Shown here: positions 7,668-22,320 of the stretch, piece after piece
Layout: the number at the start of each line of letters is the position of its first letter
Numbering within the stretch: the first letter of the stretch is position 1
From: an uncultured Chloroflexia bacterium
GTDB taxonomy: Bacteria; Chloroflexota; Limnocylindria; Limnocylindrales; CSP1-4
Length of the DNA stretch: 64,000 bases
Assembly (NCBI GenBank): GCA_963720755.1
Contig: CAVRGP010000006.1
Location: 1 to 64,000, forward strand
Reading direction: 5' to 3'
Notes under the pieces: model-generated
The model's input: the letters and a program-made list of their open reading frames with translations, nothing else
The model's database searches: none
What the model was told of the DNA's origin: nothing
Made by a program: the position numbers and the translations under genes

Positions 7668-10600
7668 CTACAGGATCTGTGTATGTTTGAACCAGATAGA
7701 TGGCCGGAAAAGGTTGTACAGACCGACATGGTAGTGGAACGGAAGGCTGATTCCGATCTTACTGGGTCCACCACCATGCACCGCTCGTCGCCATGCCCAG
7801 CCTGGAACGCCTGGACCTTTTAGAATCTGATTGGACACTCGCGTGGGGCCGATCCTGATCCAGTCCTCTCGTCGATCTCGGGCCACCGCCCTGCTCACGC
7901 GTGTACCCTGACGGACCAGAGTGGCGCCAAGCCGGCTGGACCTGCCAACGACGCCGGCCAAGCGACTGACCCCACCGCTCACCTTCGACACAGCCCGGGC
8001 CACGGCGCCGAGCTTCGCGAACTTCGAGAGGAGCCCGACGCCAACAAAGCCCAAAGCGAATCCGACCGCGGCGTTGCTGGCGACGCCGCTGACGCTCCAG
8101 TCCTTGCTGTCGGTCGTGGCCAGATAGATCGCCGTGTCGACCACGGCGTTGACGATCGCGCAGATGATAAAGCAGGTGCCGGCGGGATCGACCTGGGTGA
8201 CCGGGTTGTTCGCCGCGTAGGCGTACAGGTTGGCCTCCGACGCGTCCGGGTCCGGCTGCAGGAAGCGGCCGAGCGCCGGGCTGTAGTGGCGGGCGTGCAT
8301 GTACACGAGGCCGAGGTTGTACGGGTTGTCCCACTGGACGTCGTACTCGCCGACGTACAGGTAGCGGAAGCCGAGGTCGCCGAAGCCGGCCGCCGGGGTC
8401 GTCGTCGGCGCCCCCCAGGTCGTGTAGGTGTAGCTGTTGGCCAGGGTCAGGGCACCGGTCGAGCCGTCGATCTGCCACAGGGCGAGGGCGTCGCCGTGGC
8501 CGTTCCAGGTGACGAGGTAGGTGCCCGCTGAGGGTTCGCCCGCGGGGATGGTCATCTTGACCACGGAGCCGTCCTCGTCGACGACGTAGGTGCGCACGAC
8601 GGTGCCCGACGGGTGGGCACTGTCGGTCAGCTTGTCCTCGACGATGGCGTCGCCCTGGTAGCGGAAGTCCCAGGTCTTGGCGAGCGTGCCGGTCGTGTAT
8701 TCCTTGGTCTGGATCCGGTGGCCGTCGCCGTCGTAGGCGTACTCGACCTTGGTGATCGAGCCCGCGCACGACGTGCTCAGGCAGGCGTGGATCAGGCGAC
8801 CGGCGGCGTCGTATTCGAAGAACCAGCCGTTGAGCTTCTGCATCCGCCCGGCGCTGTCATGGGCGACCGTCCCGCAGCCGCTCGTGCAGGAAGCCAGTTG
8901 ACCAGAGCCGTTGTAGGTGAAGGTCACCGCCGAGGTCGTCTTGCGATTGCCCGAGTCGTCGTACGTGTACGCGTCGAGGAGCCCGCTCGAGCAGCCGCTG
9001 GCCGACCGAGTCGAGACCAGCCGTTCGACCGCGTCATAGCAGTAATAGCGATCGTTGGTGGCCGTGCCGTTGGCCTCGTTGACCCGGGTCCGGTTGTCGC
9101 CGGTGTCATACGCGTAGGCGTCGGAGCCGGTCGTCTGGAGGACGTTGCCGCCGGCGCACGGGTGCTGGACGGCGCTGCACAGCTGGTGGGTGACGCTCGT
9201 CAGCCGGTGCCGCTCGTCATAGCCGAAGATGGTCTGGTGTTCCTTCGTCCCGCCGGTTGCGAGGTAGATCGCCCAGACCTGGTAGTTCTGGTCCGGGTCG
9301 TAGGTCGTCGTCGAATTGGCGACCGCGTCGACGAGCGTCACGCGGCTGTTGCGGGCATCGAACGTCGCGCTCGTGACCGACGCTGGTTGCGGGCTCGCGA
9401 AGGTCGAGCCGGCCGCCTTGCACGGGTCGCTCGGCGCCGCCGTCCACAGGCAGCGATCGGTCGGATTGCCGGCCGCGTCGTAGTTGGTCTTGGCCCAGGT
9501 GCCGCTCGAGCGGACCGCGACCGTGACCTGGTCGAGCGGGTTGACGGTGGCCGTGGTGGTCGTCGTCGTCGAGGTGCTCGCGACGTACGAGGAACTGGTC
9601 AGGACGTTGCCCGCCGCGTCGAACGCGGCGTCGACGGTCTTGTCGTTGAGACCCTGACCGGCCGTGACCTGGCTGACCATCAGGCGGCCCAGGCCGTCGT
9701 ACGAGCTCGTCACGGTCCGGAGGCCAGCACCTGAACAGGCGCCCGATGTCTGGCCCTCGACGCGCGTCTGCTCGAGATCGCGGTAGTCGAATGTCCGGCT
9801 CGTGCACGTGAACTCGTCGTCGATCTTCAACGCCCGCCCACCGAGGTCGAAGGTCGTGACCGTCGCCTGGGCCGAGGGGTCGGACACGCCGGTCGTGACC
9901 GTGGTCTGGCGATCCAGGTTGTCGTATGCGTAGTCGGTCTCGGTGGCGTCGGCGGTGGTGACCGCCGAAGCTTCGGCGATAAGCCTGCCGAGATCGTCGT
10001 AGGCGGACTGGCTGTAGCCGAGCGCACCGTTGACGGCCTGGCGCTGATCCTTGACCGTCAGCACCCGACCCGAGGCGTCATACGTCGTCTGGGACACGAC
10101 ACTGGCCGGAAAGACGGTCAAGGCCCCGTCGGGATCCTCGAACGTCTGGGTGCTCCGGCCGGCGCGATCGTATTCGGTGGCCGTCACGAGACCGCCGAGA
10201 TCCGTCGTCGAGCGCACGTTCCCGAGCTCGTCGTAGATCGAGCTCGAAGTTCGCTGTGTCGCGTTGAATACGGGCGTCGTCGGTGTCGTCTCCGACAGGC
10301 GCTGGTTGAGCCCGTCGAAGATCCACGTGGTCAGGAAGTCATAGGTTCCGGGCGATCCGGTGGCGACCAGGATGGCGCGACGCGGATCGGCGGCGGTGAT
10401 CCGGTTGCCGGCGGTATCCGAGGTGAAGACCGTCGTGAGATCGGTCCGGGCGTTGGTGGTGGCATTCGGGCTGACGTCGTCGCCCGATCCCGCCACCGCG
10501 CCGTCGACGTAGTTCGCGATCTGGCTGGTCAGGTTGCCGCCCGAGTCGTACGTGAAGCCGGTGGCGCGAGCATCGAGGAGGGTGCCCGCGGCGTCGTAGT

Positions 10601-13179
10601 TCGCCCGCGTCTCGCGCGTCTTCTGGCCGCTGGCGTCGTACTGGAACGTCGTGGTCACGTCTTCGGCGTTGCCGTTCGTCCCGCCGGCGCTGCCGTCCTT
10701 GTAGTTCTCGATCTGTGAGCGCAGCAGGAGGTCGGTCGCGCTCGTCGCGCAGCCCGACGTCGTGTAGCAGTAGCGGGTGATCGTGTTCGGCGTGCCGGCG
10801 TTGAGCGCGACCGTCCTTTGGGTCACGTCGTTGTTGGCGTTGTAGAGGTAGTCGGTGGTGCGGTTGTTCGACGCGTCGAGCGGCTCGGTCATGCGCGAGA
10901 CCAGCGCGAGGGAGCTCCCGACATACGTGTAGCTCGTCGTCCGCGCCGGGCTGCCGCCGAAGTTGTCGGTGACCGATGTCGGCTCGAGCGGGTAGGTGGC
11001 GTCGTAGGCCGTGCGGCGTTCGATCGCCCCGCCCCCGAGTGCCCGCCAGACCGACTGGGTCCGTCCAAGCGGATCGGTCGAGCTGACCAGCCCATAGGTC
11101 GTCGTCGACACCGGTGTCCCTTGCCGGACCACCCTGGTCTGCCCGGGCCCCGGGTGACTGATGATCGTGCCGGTCGTGCCGGCGAACTGCTCCTGGGCGT
11201 CCTTGATCGTCGTGGCGTCGGCCGCGCTGTAGGTGATGGCGGTCGTGATCGGGTTGCGACTCGCGGTGCCGAGCACAAGCGGGGCGCCCGAGATGGTCGC
11301 GACGGTCTGGGTCTTGGCGATCGAGCTCAGGAGGCCATTCGCGTAGCCAAGACAGGTCAAGTGGCTCACGCTCGGGCAGGACGTTGCCGTTTCCAGCGGG
11401 TCGGACCAACCGGCGAGGTTGCCGGATCCGTCGTAGAACAGGCGATACAGGCGTCGGCTTCCGGTGCCACTCGTTGGCTGGACGACGCCACCCGACACAT
11501 AGCCCCAGTCGGTGAAGCTGGTCAGGCGGTCGGGTGTGGGCGCCGTGTCCCAGATGAACTCGACGTAGCGGCCGGCCGGGTCCGTCGCGCGGTAGAGGTT
11601 GTCGCTCGAGGCGTAGTACGTGTACGTGACGGCGTTGGCGAAGCGGTCCTCGGACGTCTCGAGCCGACCGATCGAGCCCGAGATATCGAAGCGATCCTTG
11701 GACTGGTCGCGATAGGTGAGCGTGAACTCGTGGGCCGTCTGGCTGGTGTCCTTGACCAGCGTCGCGTATAGGCTGCCTGGGCGCGTGTAGGTGGTGATCG
11801 CCCCGTTCACCACCGGCGTGCTGAACGTGTGGCGGGAGCCGTCCTCGTCGGTGAACGTGACACTGGCGTCCGCGTTGATCGTCAGGCGTCGGAACGTGTT
11901 CAACCGCCAGCCGGGACCGACGCCGACATTCGTCTGGTCATGACTGTTGTAGGTCGCAGCGATCGCGAGGTCGCCGCCGACGCTTGGCAGGCTGACGAAC
12001 GGGTGGCTCAGGACCACGTTGCCGCTGCCGGTGCTCAGGGCGAGCTCGTCGCCCGAGCCCACGTCCCAGGTCTCGGTGGCGAACTGGGCCTGCAGCCCGA
12101 GGACATTGGAGGTGTCGGTCACGATCGAGCCCGACGTGATGGCCGCGGCGACCTTGCCGTTCTGGTCGGTCGCCCCGAGGGTCCAGCGATAGCAGCTGGC
12201 CAGGGCCAGGCTCTGGCTGACGACCTGGCCGGTCGCGTTGGTCGTGCCGGTCGTGAGGTTGCCCGCGGCTGGATCGTTGGCGAAGGTGCCGCAGGTCGTG
12301 CCGTTCCACGTCGCGATCTGGCGTTGCAGGCTCCAGCCGTTCGCGCCGCCGAAGCCCGCCACGACATCGGTCGCATCGAACTGGACGCCCGCGAACGCCG
12401 ACGGAACGACCACGGGTCCACCGGCGGCCGGCGACGTAAACGCGACCGTGGGCGGCGTGTTGTCGTAGGTCACGGTCTGGCTGGTGCCCGTGCTGTCGAG
12501 GGTGATCGGGTCGCAGTTGGCGCCCGGGCGGTTGGTCCCGCTCGAGGTCGAGAAGGTCACCGGACTGGCTTCGGTGCCCTTGATCGGCTCGGCCCCGTAA
12601 TAGGGGGTCGTGTCGCAGTCCGAGTGGGCGTAGCTGAACTGGCCGACCGCGGTGTGCGCTGAGCTCGCGACGTAGGTCCGCTCGGCGGACAGGGTGACGG
12701 CCATCGCGTACTGGGCGTCGCTGGTCGCGCAGTTGGCGGTGTCGTTGGCCTTCAGGTAGTCGGTCGAGCCGACCACCCAGTTGCAGGCGTTCGAGGTCGA
12801 GTTGATGATCGTCCCCCAGTCGAACCGCCCGGCACTCGCGGTGACGTTCCAGGTCACCCCCGAATAGCGCCGATAGAGCGTGCACGACCAGGCCGAAATC
12901 GACCTTGCTGATGTAGCCGTACACGTTGGCGTTGGTGATCCGCGACACGGCGGTCGTCGATGCCGAGGACGCGGTCAAGCGTCCCGTGAACGTCGGGTTC
13001 GAGCCGCAGTAGGCGGCATCGACCGACTGTGGGCCGAGACCGAACGGCAGCGGCGCGCCGACCGGATGATCGGCCGCCGGGGTGGGCACGGGGGCGGCGT
13101 CGAGACCGAGCCCGGTGATGGTCAGGATCGCCGTCAGCAGGACGACGCGGAGGCGGCCGGAGCGAGATGGCTGCAGCAT
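7668..13179 (-). CDS. RHS/YD-repeat polymorphic toxin with N-terminal signal peptide (one frameshift near 12890)
   Basis: Many YD repeats; core end YMHARHYSPALGRFLQPDP...NLYAYAANNPVTQVDPAG; N-terminal MLQPSRSGRLRVVLLTAILTITGLGL with GAGGGGAG RBS lies in another frame upstream of 12857. Confidence 0.88.
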
Positions 13180-13192
13180 CGGACGGCTCCCC

Positions 13193-14125
13193 TCAACCCT
13201 TCGGGTCGGCGGACGGTGGCGGTGCCAGCGGCTCGGGTTTGGGCAGCTCGGTCGGCACCCCGTCGTAGCCGAACGTGATCGTGGTCTCGACGATGAGCTC
13301 GAACACCTTGGAGTTCGTGTCACGCATCCGGACCGTCAGCTGGGCCAGCCGGCCCTGGTCGTCGAAGGCGTAGGTGAGCGGTCCTGTGAACTCGGTGAAC
13401 GGTGCGGCGTCGATGGCCATCAGCCCTGGGGCGTCGGCGACCGTGCCAGTGGCTGACACGGCTGCCAGGCTCGTGCCCCCGACCGTCACCGGCGGCTCGG
13501 TCTTGGCTTCGGTCCCGTGACGCAGGAGGGTCGGCAGGCCGGCGATCGTGTGCGGGTCGAGGCCGATCCCCGGCAGCAGGTCGGTCTCGCGCCAGCCATC
13601 GCCGTCGTTGCGGTAGTCCTTGCCGTCGCGCACCAGCGCGGCGAGCGTCGTCTCCGCCTTCTCGAAGTCGGGCGCGTCCTGCCGGGTGGCCGGACCGCGG
13701 CGCATCTGGAGGACGTAGCCATCGGGCGTCACGAAGCCCGACGCGATCGAGCCACCGACGTCGTACTCGTCGGCAAGGCCTAGGGTCTTGGTCGGGTCGA
13801 CCGGATCCGGCACCTCGATCTTCGGGCCGTCCGGCCGGGCGTACAGGACCGAACGCGCGACGACCTCGAAGGTGTAGCCCGGGCCGCCCTTGGCGGTGGC
13901 TGCCACGAGCTGGTCGGCGGCCGAGGCGAGGAGGGCGGCGGGATCGGTCGACGTCGCGGCAGCGGCGATGGCGGGCCGCAACGTGCTCACGCCGACCGCG
14001 CGGGCGAGCACCAGGCCGGCGATCAGGAGCACCGGCAACAGGGCGGCCAGCCAGGCGCGACCGCGCTCGAGTCGAGTGCTGAAGGCGGCCTCGTCCGAGG
14101 CACGCCGAACCGGCGTCCCTGCCAT
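13193..14125 (-). CDS. Membrane-anchored hypothetical protein co-transcribed with RHS
   Basis: 310 aa, one N-terminal hydrophobic helix, beta-rich remainder; stop lies 13 bp before the RHS start. Confidence 0.7.
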   Translation of the reverse strand: MAGTPVRRASDEAAFSTRLERGRAWLAALLPVLLIAGLVLARAVGVSTLRPAIAAAATSTDPAALLASAADQLVAATAKGGPGYTFEVVARSVLYARPDGPKIEVPDPVDPTKTLGLADEYDVGGSIASGFVTPDGYVLQMRRGPATRQDAPDFEKAETTLAALVRDGKDYRNDGDGWRETDLLPGIGLDPHTIAGLPTLLRHGTEAKTEPPVTVGGTSLAAVSATGTVADAPGLMAIDAAPFTEFTGPLTYAFDDQGRLAQLTVRMRDTNSKVFELIVETTITFGYDGVPTELPKPEPLAPPPSADPKG

Positions 14126-14252
14126 CGTCTCGACCCTCCCATCGCGGGGTTCGCAGCGACCGGATGGTCAGCCAGAACCCCGTCCTGCCGTCACCTTGGG
14201 CGGTGGCGACTGGTCTCGACTGTCGGCGTTCGCCGGGTGGTCGTCAACGGGG

Positions 14253-14261
14253 TTATCCACA
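14253..14261 (+). promoter_or_regulatory. Consensus DnaA box TTATCCACA
   Basis: Exact 9-mer in the intergenic region upstream of the replication-relaxation gene. Confidence 0.45.
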
Positions 14262-14565
14262 GGCGATCCCAGCCGATGGTCCGTTCGGGACGTGACGTTC
14301 GTTCGGTGCCGAGGGCGGACGAGAGTCGTGCTCACAAAATCAACGGCACACACTCTGGTACACCCTTGGTCTTGACCCGCGGTCGGCCCGTTCGTAGTCT
14401 CGGCTCGAGGGTTGATCAACCCGTTCTCGACGCAGTACCTGGCGCCAGCGGCGTGGGTACCGATGGGGAGCGGGTAAGCCTGACTGAGTCCACGTCGGTC
14501 GTCCGTAACTCGCCGACCTAGACGAAGCCCGATCGACCGCCACGCACAAGACGGAGTCCTTTGCC

Positions 14566-15601
14566 ATGACCAACGACCATGCGTTCAGCAGCACCACTCC
14601 CTTCGAACCGACTCGCCCTCGACCGGGCTGATTCGGCCTGGCCGATGGGCGGTCCGCCCTGAGAGCGGCCCGACGCCTCGGCATCCGCTCGAGCCCCGGG
14701 ATCGCGGCCTGGACGGCGCTGCCCGAGCGTGACCGGAGCCTCCTGCTCTGGCTCGTCGGTGGCGACGTCGTAACGGCCGAGCTCGCGGCACTCCTCGCCT
14801 ACGGCCACCGGCGCATCGCCCAGCGACGATTGGCCCGGCTGGTCGAATACGGCTTGCTGACGGGCTTCTGGGCGGCCAACCGCCAACGGCCGCGCGGACG
14901 CTACGCGTATGCGCTGACCCGGGCGACCAGGCTCGCCCTCGAGCGATCGATCTGGCCGGAGGGCCAGAAGAAGCTCTTCAACAATGCCCCCGAGGGTGTC
15001 TCGCCGGTCATCCACGGCCTGGCCAGCCATGATGTCCTCGCGGCGTTCCTCCGGGCCAGCGACGGGGCGAGCGGTGTCGGGCTCGCCGCCTGGGTGTCCG
15101 AGCGACCGCTCATCCGGATGACCTGGCACGCGGGCCTGCGGCCCGACGCCCTCGCCGTCATCCGGGTCGGCGAACGCTCGATCCTCCTCGCCATCGAGCG
15201 CGACCTCGGGACCGAGCGCGGACCGATCCTCGCCGGCAAGGTCGACTCGTATCAGCGCATCTACGACGTTCGCCGGTATACGGCACCGCTCCACGTCGGC
15301 TTCGTCGTCAATTCCGCCCGGCGGGCTGCCTCGGTCCGATCGCGCCTGCGCGGCACGGACAAGGACGACTCGGTCGTGACGACCTGGGTGGTGACCGAGC
15401 CCGCCCTCGCGACCGACCCCTATGGCGCCATCTGGACGACACCGGGTGGGACCGACGCCCGCGTCGTCGACTTCGAGCCCGCACTGGACCGGCGATCCCT
15501 GGCCGTATTTGGCGCCTGGCGACCTCGCCGATCCGACGACCCTCGAGGTCCTCGACGACCGGGTATATCGGCGGATCCCGATGCTGGCCGACGCGCTGTG
15601 A
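14566..15601 (+). CDS. Replication-relaxation (Replic_Relax-like) protein, interrupted (in-frame TGA near 14630, frameshift near 15480)
   Basis: LPERDRSLLLWL...VTAELAALL...RRIAQRRLARLVEYGLL wHTH start, HGLASHDV, and LRPDA...LAIERDLGTE PD-(D/E)xK-like motif. Confidence 0.7.
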
Positions 15602-15961
15602 GCGGGAAGGTCGCGCGCGTCCCGCAGCGCGTCCCTGGCGCGTCGCGCAGGACCAGCCGCGACCGGGTCGCGACCGCGGGCCGACGACCGACGCGACACC
15701 CCGCCCGAGCGTGCCGAGCCCAGGGCGCCGAAGTGCGACATCACTACCGTGAATTCATCATCCAGCGCCCTCCAGTGACCATGCCTCGCCGACCTCCCCG
15801 TACCCAGCCGACGACAACCGAACGCTCGCGACGCAACCGCTAACAGTCGTCCACCGCAGACAGCCACCAGCGCTCGCCATCCTCGCGACCTCCGTCTCCA
15901 GATCGTCTACTCATCACCCCCAGTCATGGACCCGCACCCGCAGGTGCGAGACAATCCCCCG

Positions 15962-16075
15962 ATGGACCCCGTCGTCATCGCTCTCGCCCAACTCGTCCGG
16001 GATCGCTGGACCAACGAACAACCTGCCCGTACCGCTCGACGGTCCAGCCTCACGATCGTCCCGAGCGAACCAGCG

Positions 16076-16078
<3 letters not shown>
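15962..16078 (+). CDS. Short leader ORF preceding the recombinase (MDPVVIALAQLVRDRW...)
   Basis: Amphipathic ~38-aa stretch running in frame into the ATG at 16076. Confidence 0.35.
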
Positions 16079-17592
<1,514 letters not shown>

Positions 17593-17724
17593 ACCGAGGG
17601 TGCCCGTTGTACAGGGCCTGCGGATGATAGCGCAAGCGAGCCGCCAAAGGGAAAACCGCTCCGGCGACTCTCGACGTATGTACCGATGGGCAGGTATTGC
17701 CCCTCAGCCGTCGAGGAGTCCCAC

Positions 17725-18258
17725 ATGCCGCCGATCCGTCACCGCCTTCGCATTCGATCCGTAGCCGCCATAGGCGCGGTCGCACTCCTCGTCGCGGCGT
17801 GCTCGTCGTCCGCGGGCTCGGCTACCACCGCACCGACCTCCGGGCCGAGCGCGGCGCCATCGGCCGCTTCACCGGCAACGATGGAACATACCGTCGGTGT
17901 CGGTTCGGGCGCCGTCGGTGCGTACCTGATCGGCCCGGACGGCAAGACGCTGTATATCTTCACCCCGGATTCCGCCAACACGAGCACCTGCGTCGACGGC
18001 TGCGCCCAGGCCTGGCCTCCGCTCACCGTCCCGTCCGGCACGACGCCGACCGGCGGCGACGGCGTCACCGGCACGCTGTCGACCTTCGCTCGGCCCGATG
18101 GCACCCTCCAGGTCGCGTACGACGGCGCGCCGCTCTACTTCTACTCGGGCGATACGGCTCCGGGCGACACGAACGGCCAGGGCCTGAATGGCAAGTGGTT
18201 CGTCGCGTCGCCGTCCGGTGAGCAGCCGGCCGCGAGTGCGGCAACGAGCGCCTACTGA
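17725..18258 (+). CDS. Lipoprotein with Yx(FWY)xxD repeats (COG4315-like)
   Basis: LVAAC lipobox; [35 protein letters not shown]...NGQG...WFV. Confidence 0.88.
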   Translation: MPPIRHRLRIRSVAAIGAVALLVAACSSSAGSATTAPTSGPSAAPSAASPATMEHTVGVGSGAVGAYLIGPDGKTLYIFTPDSANTSTCVDGCAQAWPPLTVPSGTTPTGGDGVTGTLSTFARPDGTLQVAYDGAPLYFYSGDTAPGDTNGQGLNGKWFVASPSGEQPAASAATSAY

Positions 18259-18265
18259 CGACCGC

Positions 18266-19519
18266 CTAGGTGAGCCCTGCCTCGAAGGTCGCGTTCTCCC
18301 GCGCCCGCTGCGCCGCCCGGATAGGCACCGTCGCAAGGGCCGCAAGGACGAAGGTCAACGCCATCAGCAGGAACACGACCGGCACTCCCTGAGTCTCCCC
18401 CATGACATCGATGACGACGCCGTACAGGATCGTCCAAAGCGATCCGATACCGAACGCCATCGCGAAGTAGAACGCGTAGGACGCATCCCGCGACGACGGT
18501 GGCGCGATGTCGCCGAGGAGCGCCTGGAGTTGCGGGCTCTCGGAGAAGGTGAACAGGCCCATCAGGACGATCCCGATCCACATCCAGAGCAGGGACGATC
18601 CAGCGGCCAGGAAGACGACGAACCCCAGCGCTCCTCCCAGGTACACGCCGATGATCAGGGGCTTCCTCCCGATCCGGTCGGACAGCCAGCCCGCGATCAA
18701 CGGCATCGGGACCGAGAAGACGATCAGCACCCCGTACATCAACCCGGACGTCGCGTCGTCGAGGCCCACGACGCGCGTCATGTAGATGAGCGCGAACAGG
18801 TTCACCACGCCGAGTCCGCGGCCCCCGCCGCCCAGCGCCGCGGTCAGATACAGCCAGCGCAGGTCGCGGTCACGCAGGATGCGCCCGAATGCCGCCCGAA
18901 CGGTCCCACTGGCCCGAGCCGCCGCGCGGTCCGTGCCTCGCTCCCGGACGAACAGGAGGATGAGGATCGCCACCGCGATCGCCGGCAGTCCGAACACGAT
19001 CGCGGCGCCGCGCCAGCCGACGGCCAGGATGATCGGCACCCCGAAGACGGCGACCACGACGGTCCCGATATTCCCGCCGGCGATGTGCGCGCTGATCGCG
19101 AAACCGCGCCGTTGGGCCGGGAACTGCTCCGCCAGGAGCCCGTTCCCGACGGGATGCTGTGGTGACCCGCCGATCCGCGACACGACGTTCGGGATGGCGA
19201 AGGTGGCGAAGCTGGTGGCGAAAGCCTGGAGCGCGAAGCCGCCCCCGAACAGCAGTCCGCCGATACCGAGCAGGCGTCGCCGCGAGACGAGCCGGGTGAG
19301 TCCCGCATAGCTCAGCTGGACCATCCCGGACAGGAACGCGCCGATCGCCGCCAGGAACGCGATCGTTTCCACCCCGACGCCGTACTCATCGATGATCTTG
19401 AGGAAGATCAGGGGCAGGACGACCGCCTGGGCGTGGTTGATGGCGTGGGCGACCGAAAGCAGCCCGAGCGATCGCATCGGGTGGATCCGGACCTGGGACT
19501 CCGGCGTTATCGAAGACAT
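18266..19519 (-). CDS. MFS transporter
   Basis: About 12 hydrophobic segments; GWLSDRIGRK motif. Confidence 0.9.
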   Translation of the reverse strand: MSSITPESQVRIHPMRSLGLLSVAHAINHAQAVVLPLIFLKIIDEYGVGVETIAFLAAIGAFLSGMVQLSYAGLTRLVSRRRLLGIGGLLFGGGFALQAFATSFATFAIPNVVSRIGGSPQHPVGNGLLAEQFPAQRRGFAISAHIAGGNIGTVVVAVFGVPIILAVGWRGAAIVFGLPAIAVAILILLFVRERGTDRAAARASGTVRAAFGRILRDRDLRWLYLTAALGGGGRGLGVVNLFALIYMTRVVGLDDATSGLMYGVLIVFSVPMPLIAGWLSDRIGRKPLIIGVYLGGALGFVVFLAAGSSLLWMWIGIVLMGLFTFSESPQLQALLGDIAPPSSRDASYAFYFAMAFGIGSLWTILYGVVIDVMGETQGVPVVFLLMALTFVLAALATVPIRAAQRARENATFEAGLT

Positions 19520-19607
19520 CGACGTATCGTGCCGGACGATGGCCTAGGCCGCTGGGCCAATCCGCAGGGGCACCACGTGGCCGCGCTGGCGCCCCGCCGA
19601 CACCGCG

Positions 19608-19874
19608 TTAGCGATGCTTCTTGGGGACCTCGTAGAGCGCGTCTTGCGAGTCCGACTTCTTCTTGGCATGCCCGGCGGCGTGCACCGGCTCGTGCTTCGG
19701 CAGGACATACAGGATCATCAGGGCGATCGGCCCGAAGATGACGCACAGGACCGTCCAGAGGACGGCACTGCGGCCGAACTTGGGGGCGTTCTGGTACGCG
19801 TACACCGCGCACACGATCCAGACGACGGCCGCCAGGACGACGAAGCCCGTGCCGATGAGTGTGGTCTGATCCAT
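19608..19874 (-). CDS. Small membrane protein
   Basis: 88 aa with two hydrophobic helices and GRSAVLW...FGPIAL pattern. Confidence 0.7.
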   Translation of the reverse strand: MDQTTLIGTGFVVLAAVVWIVCAVYAYQNAPKFGRSAVLWTVLCVIFGPIALMILYVLPKHEPVHAAGHAKKKSDSQDALYEVPKKHR

Positions 19875-19982
19875 CGCGGTCGAGTCCCTCTAGAGCTGCT
19901 TCGGGTAGCGGTCGATATCGGCCCGCCTGACCCGTACATGATGACGGAACCGAGAGTCGGCGGGGGCAGGCCCGCTACCCGC

Positions 19983-22127
<2,145 letters not shown>

Positions 22128-22320
22128 GGGTCTCCTGTCGATGCGTACGTCGCGGAGGGCTGGAATGATCCCGGGCCGTTGCGCCGGACGCGCGAAGGAG
22201 AGCGCGCGAAACGGCCGTTACAAGGCTAGCAGGGCGGCCGGTTGCGGTTCGGTTCCAATGCCCTTGCAAAGCGTCATCGGCGTGCCCGTTCGGGGGTCCG
22301 GCGGGCCTGGATCCACCGCC

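Noticed and set aside
14282-14305. LexA box in the island intergenic region
   Set aside because: GTTC spacing fits neither GAAC-N4-GTTC nor GTTC-N7-GTTC.
22130-22320. ANTAR dual-hairpin or nitrogen-regulator site upstream of GS III
   Set aside because: Loop-like words (CAACGGC, CGATGAC, TGTAAC) are present, but I could not form the required paired stems or palindrome.
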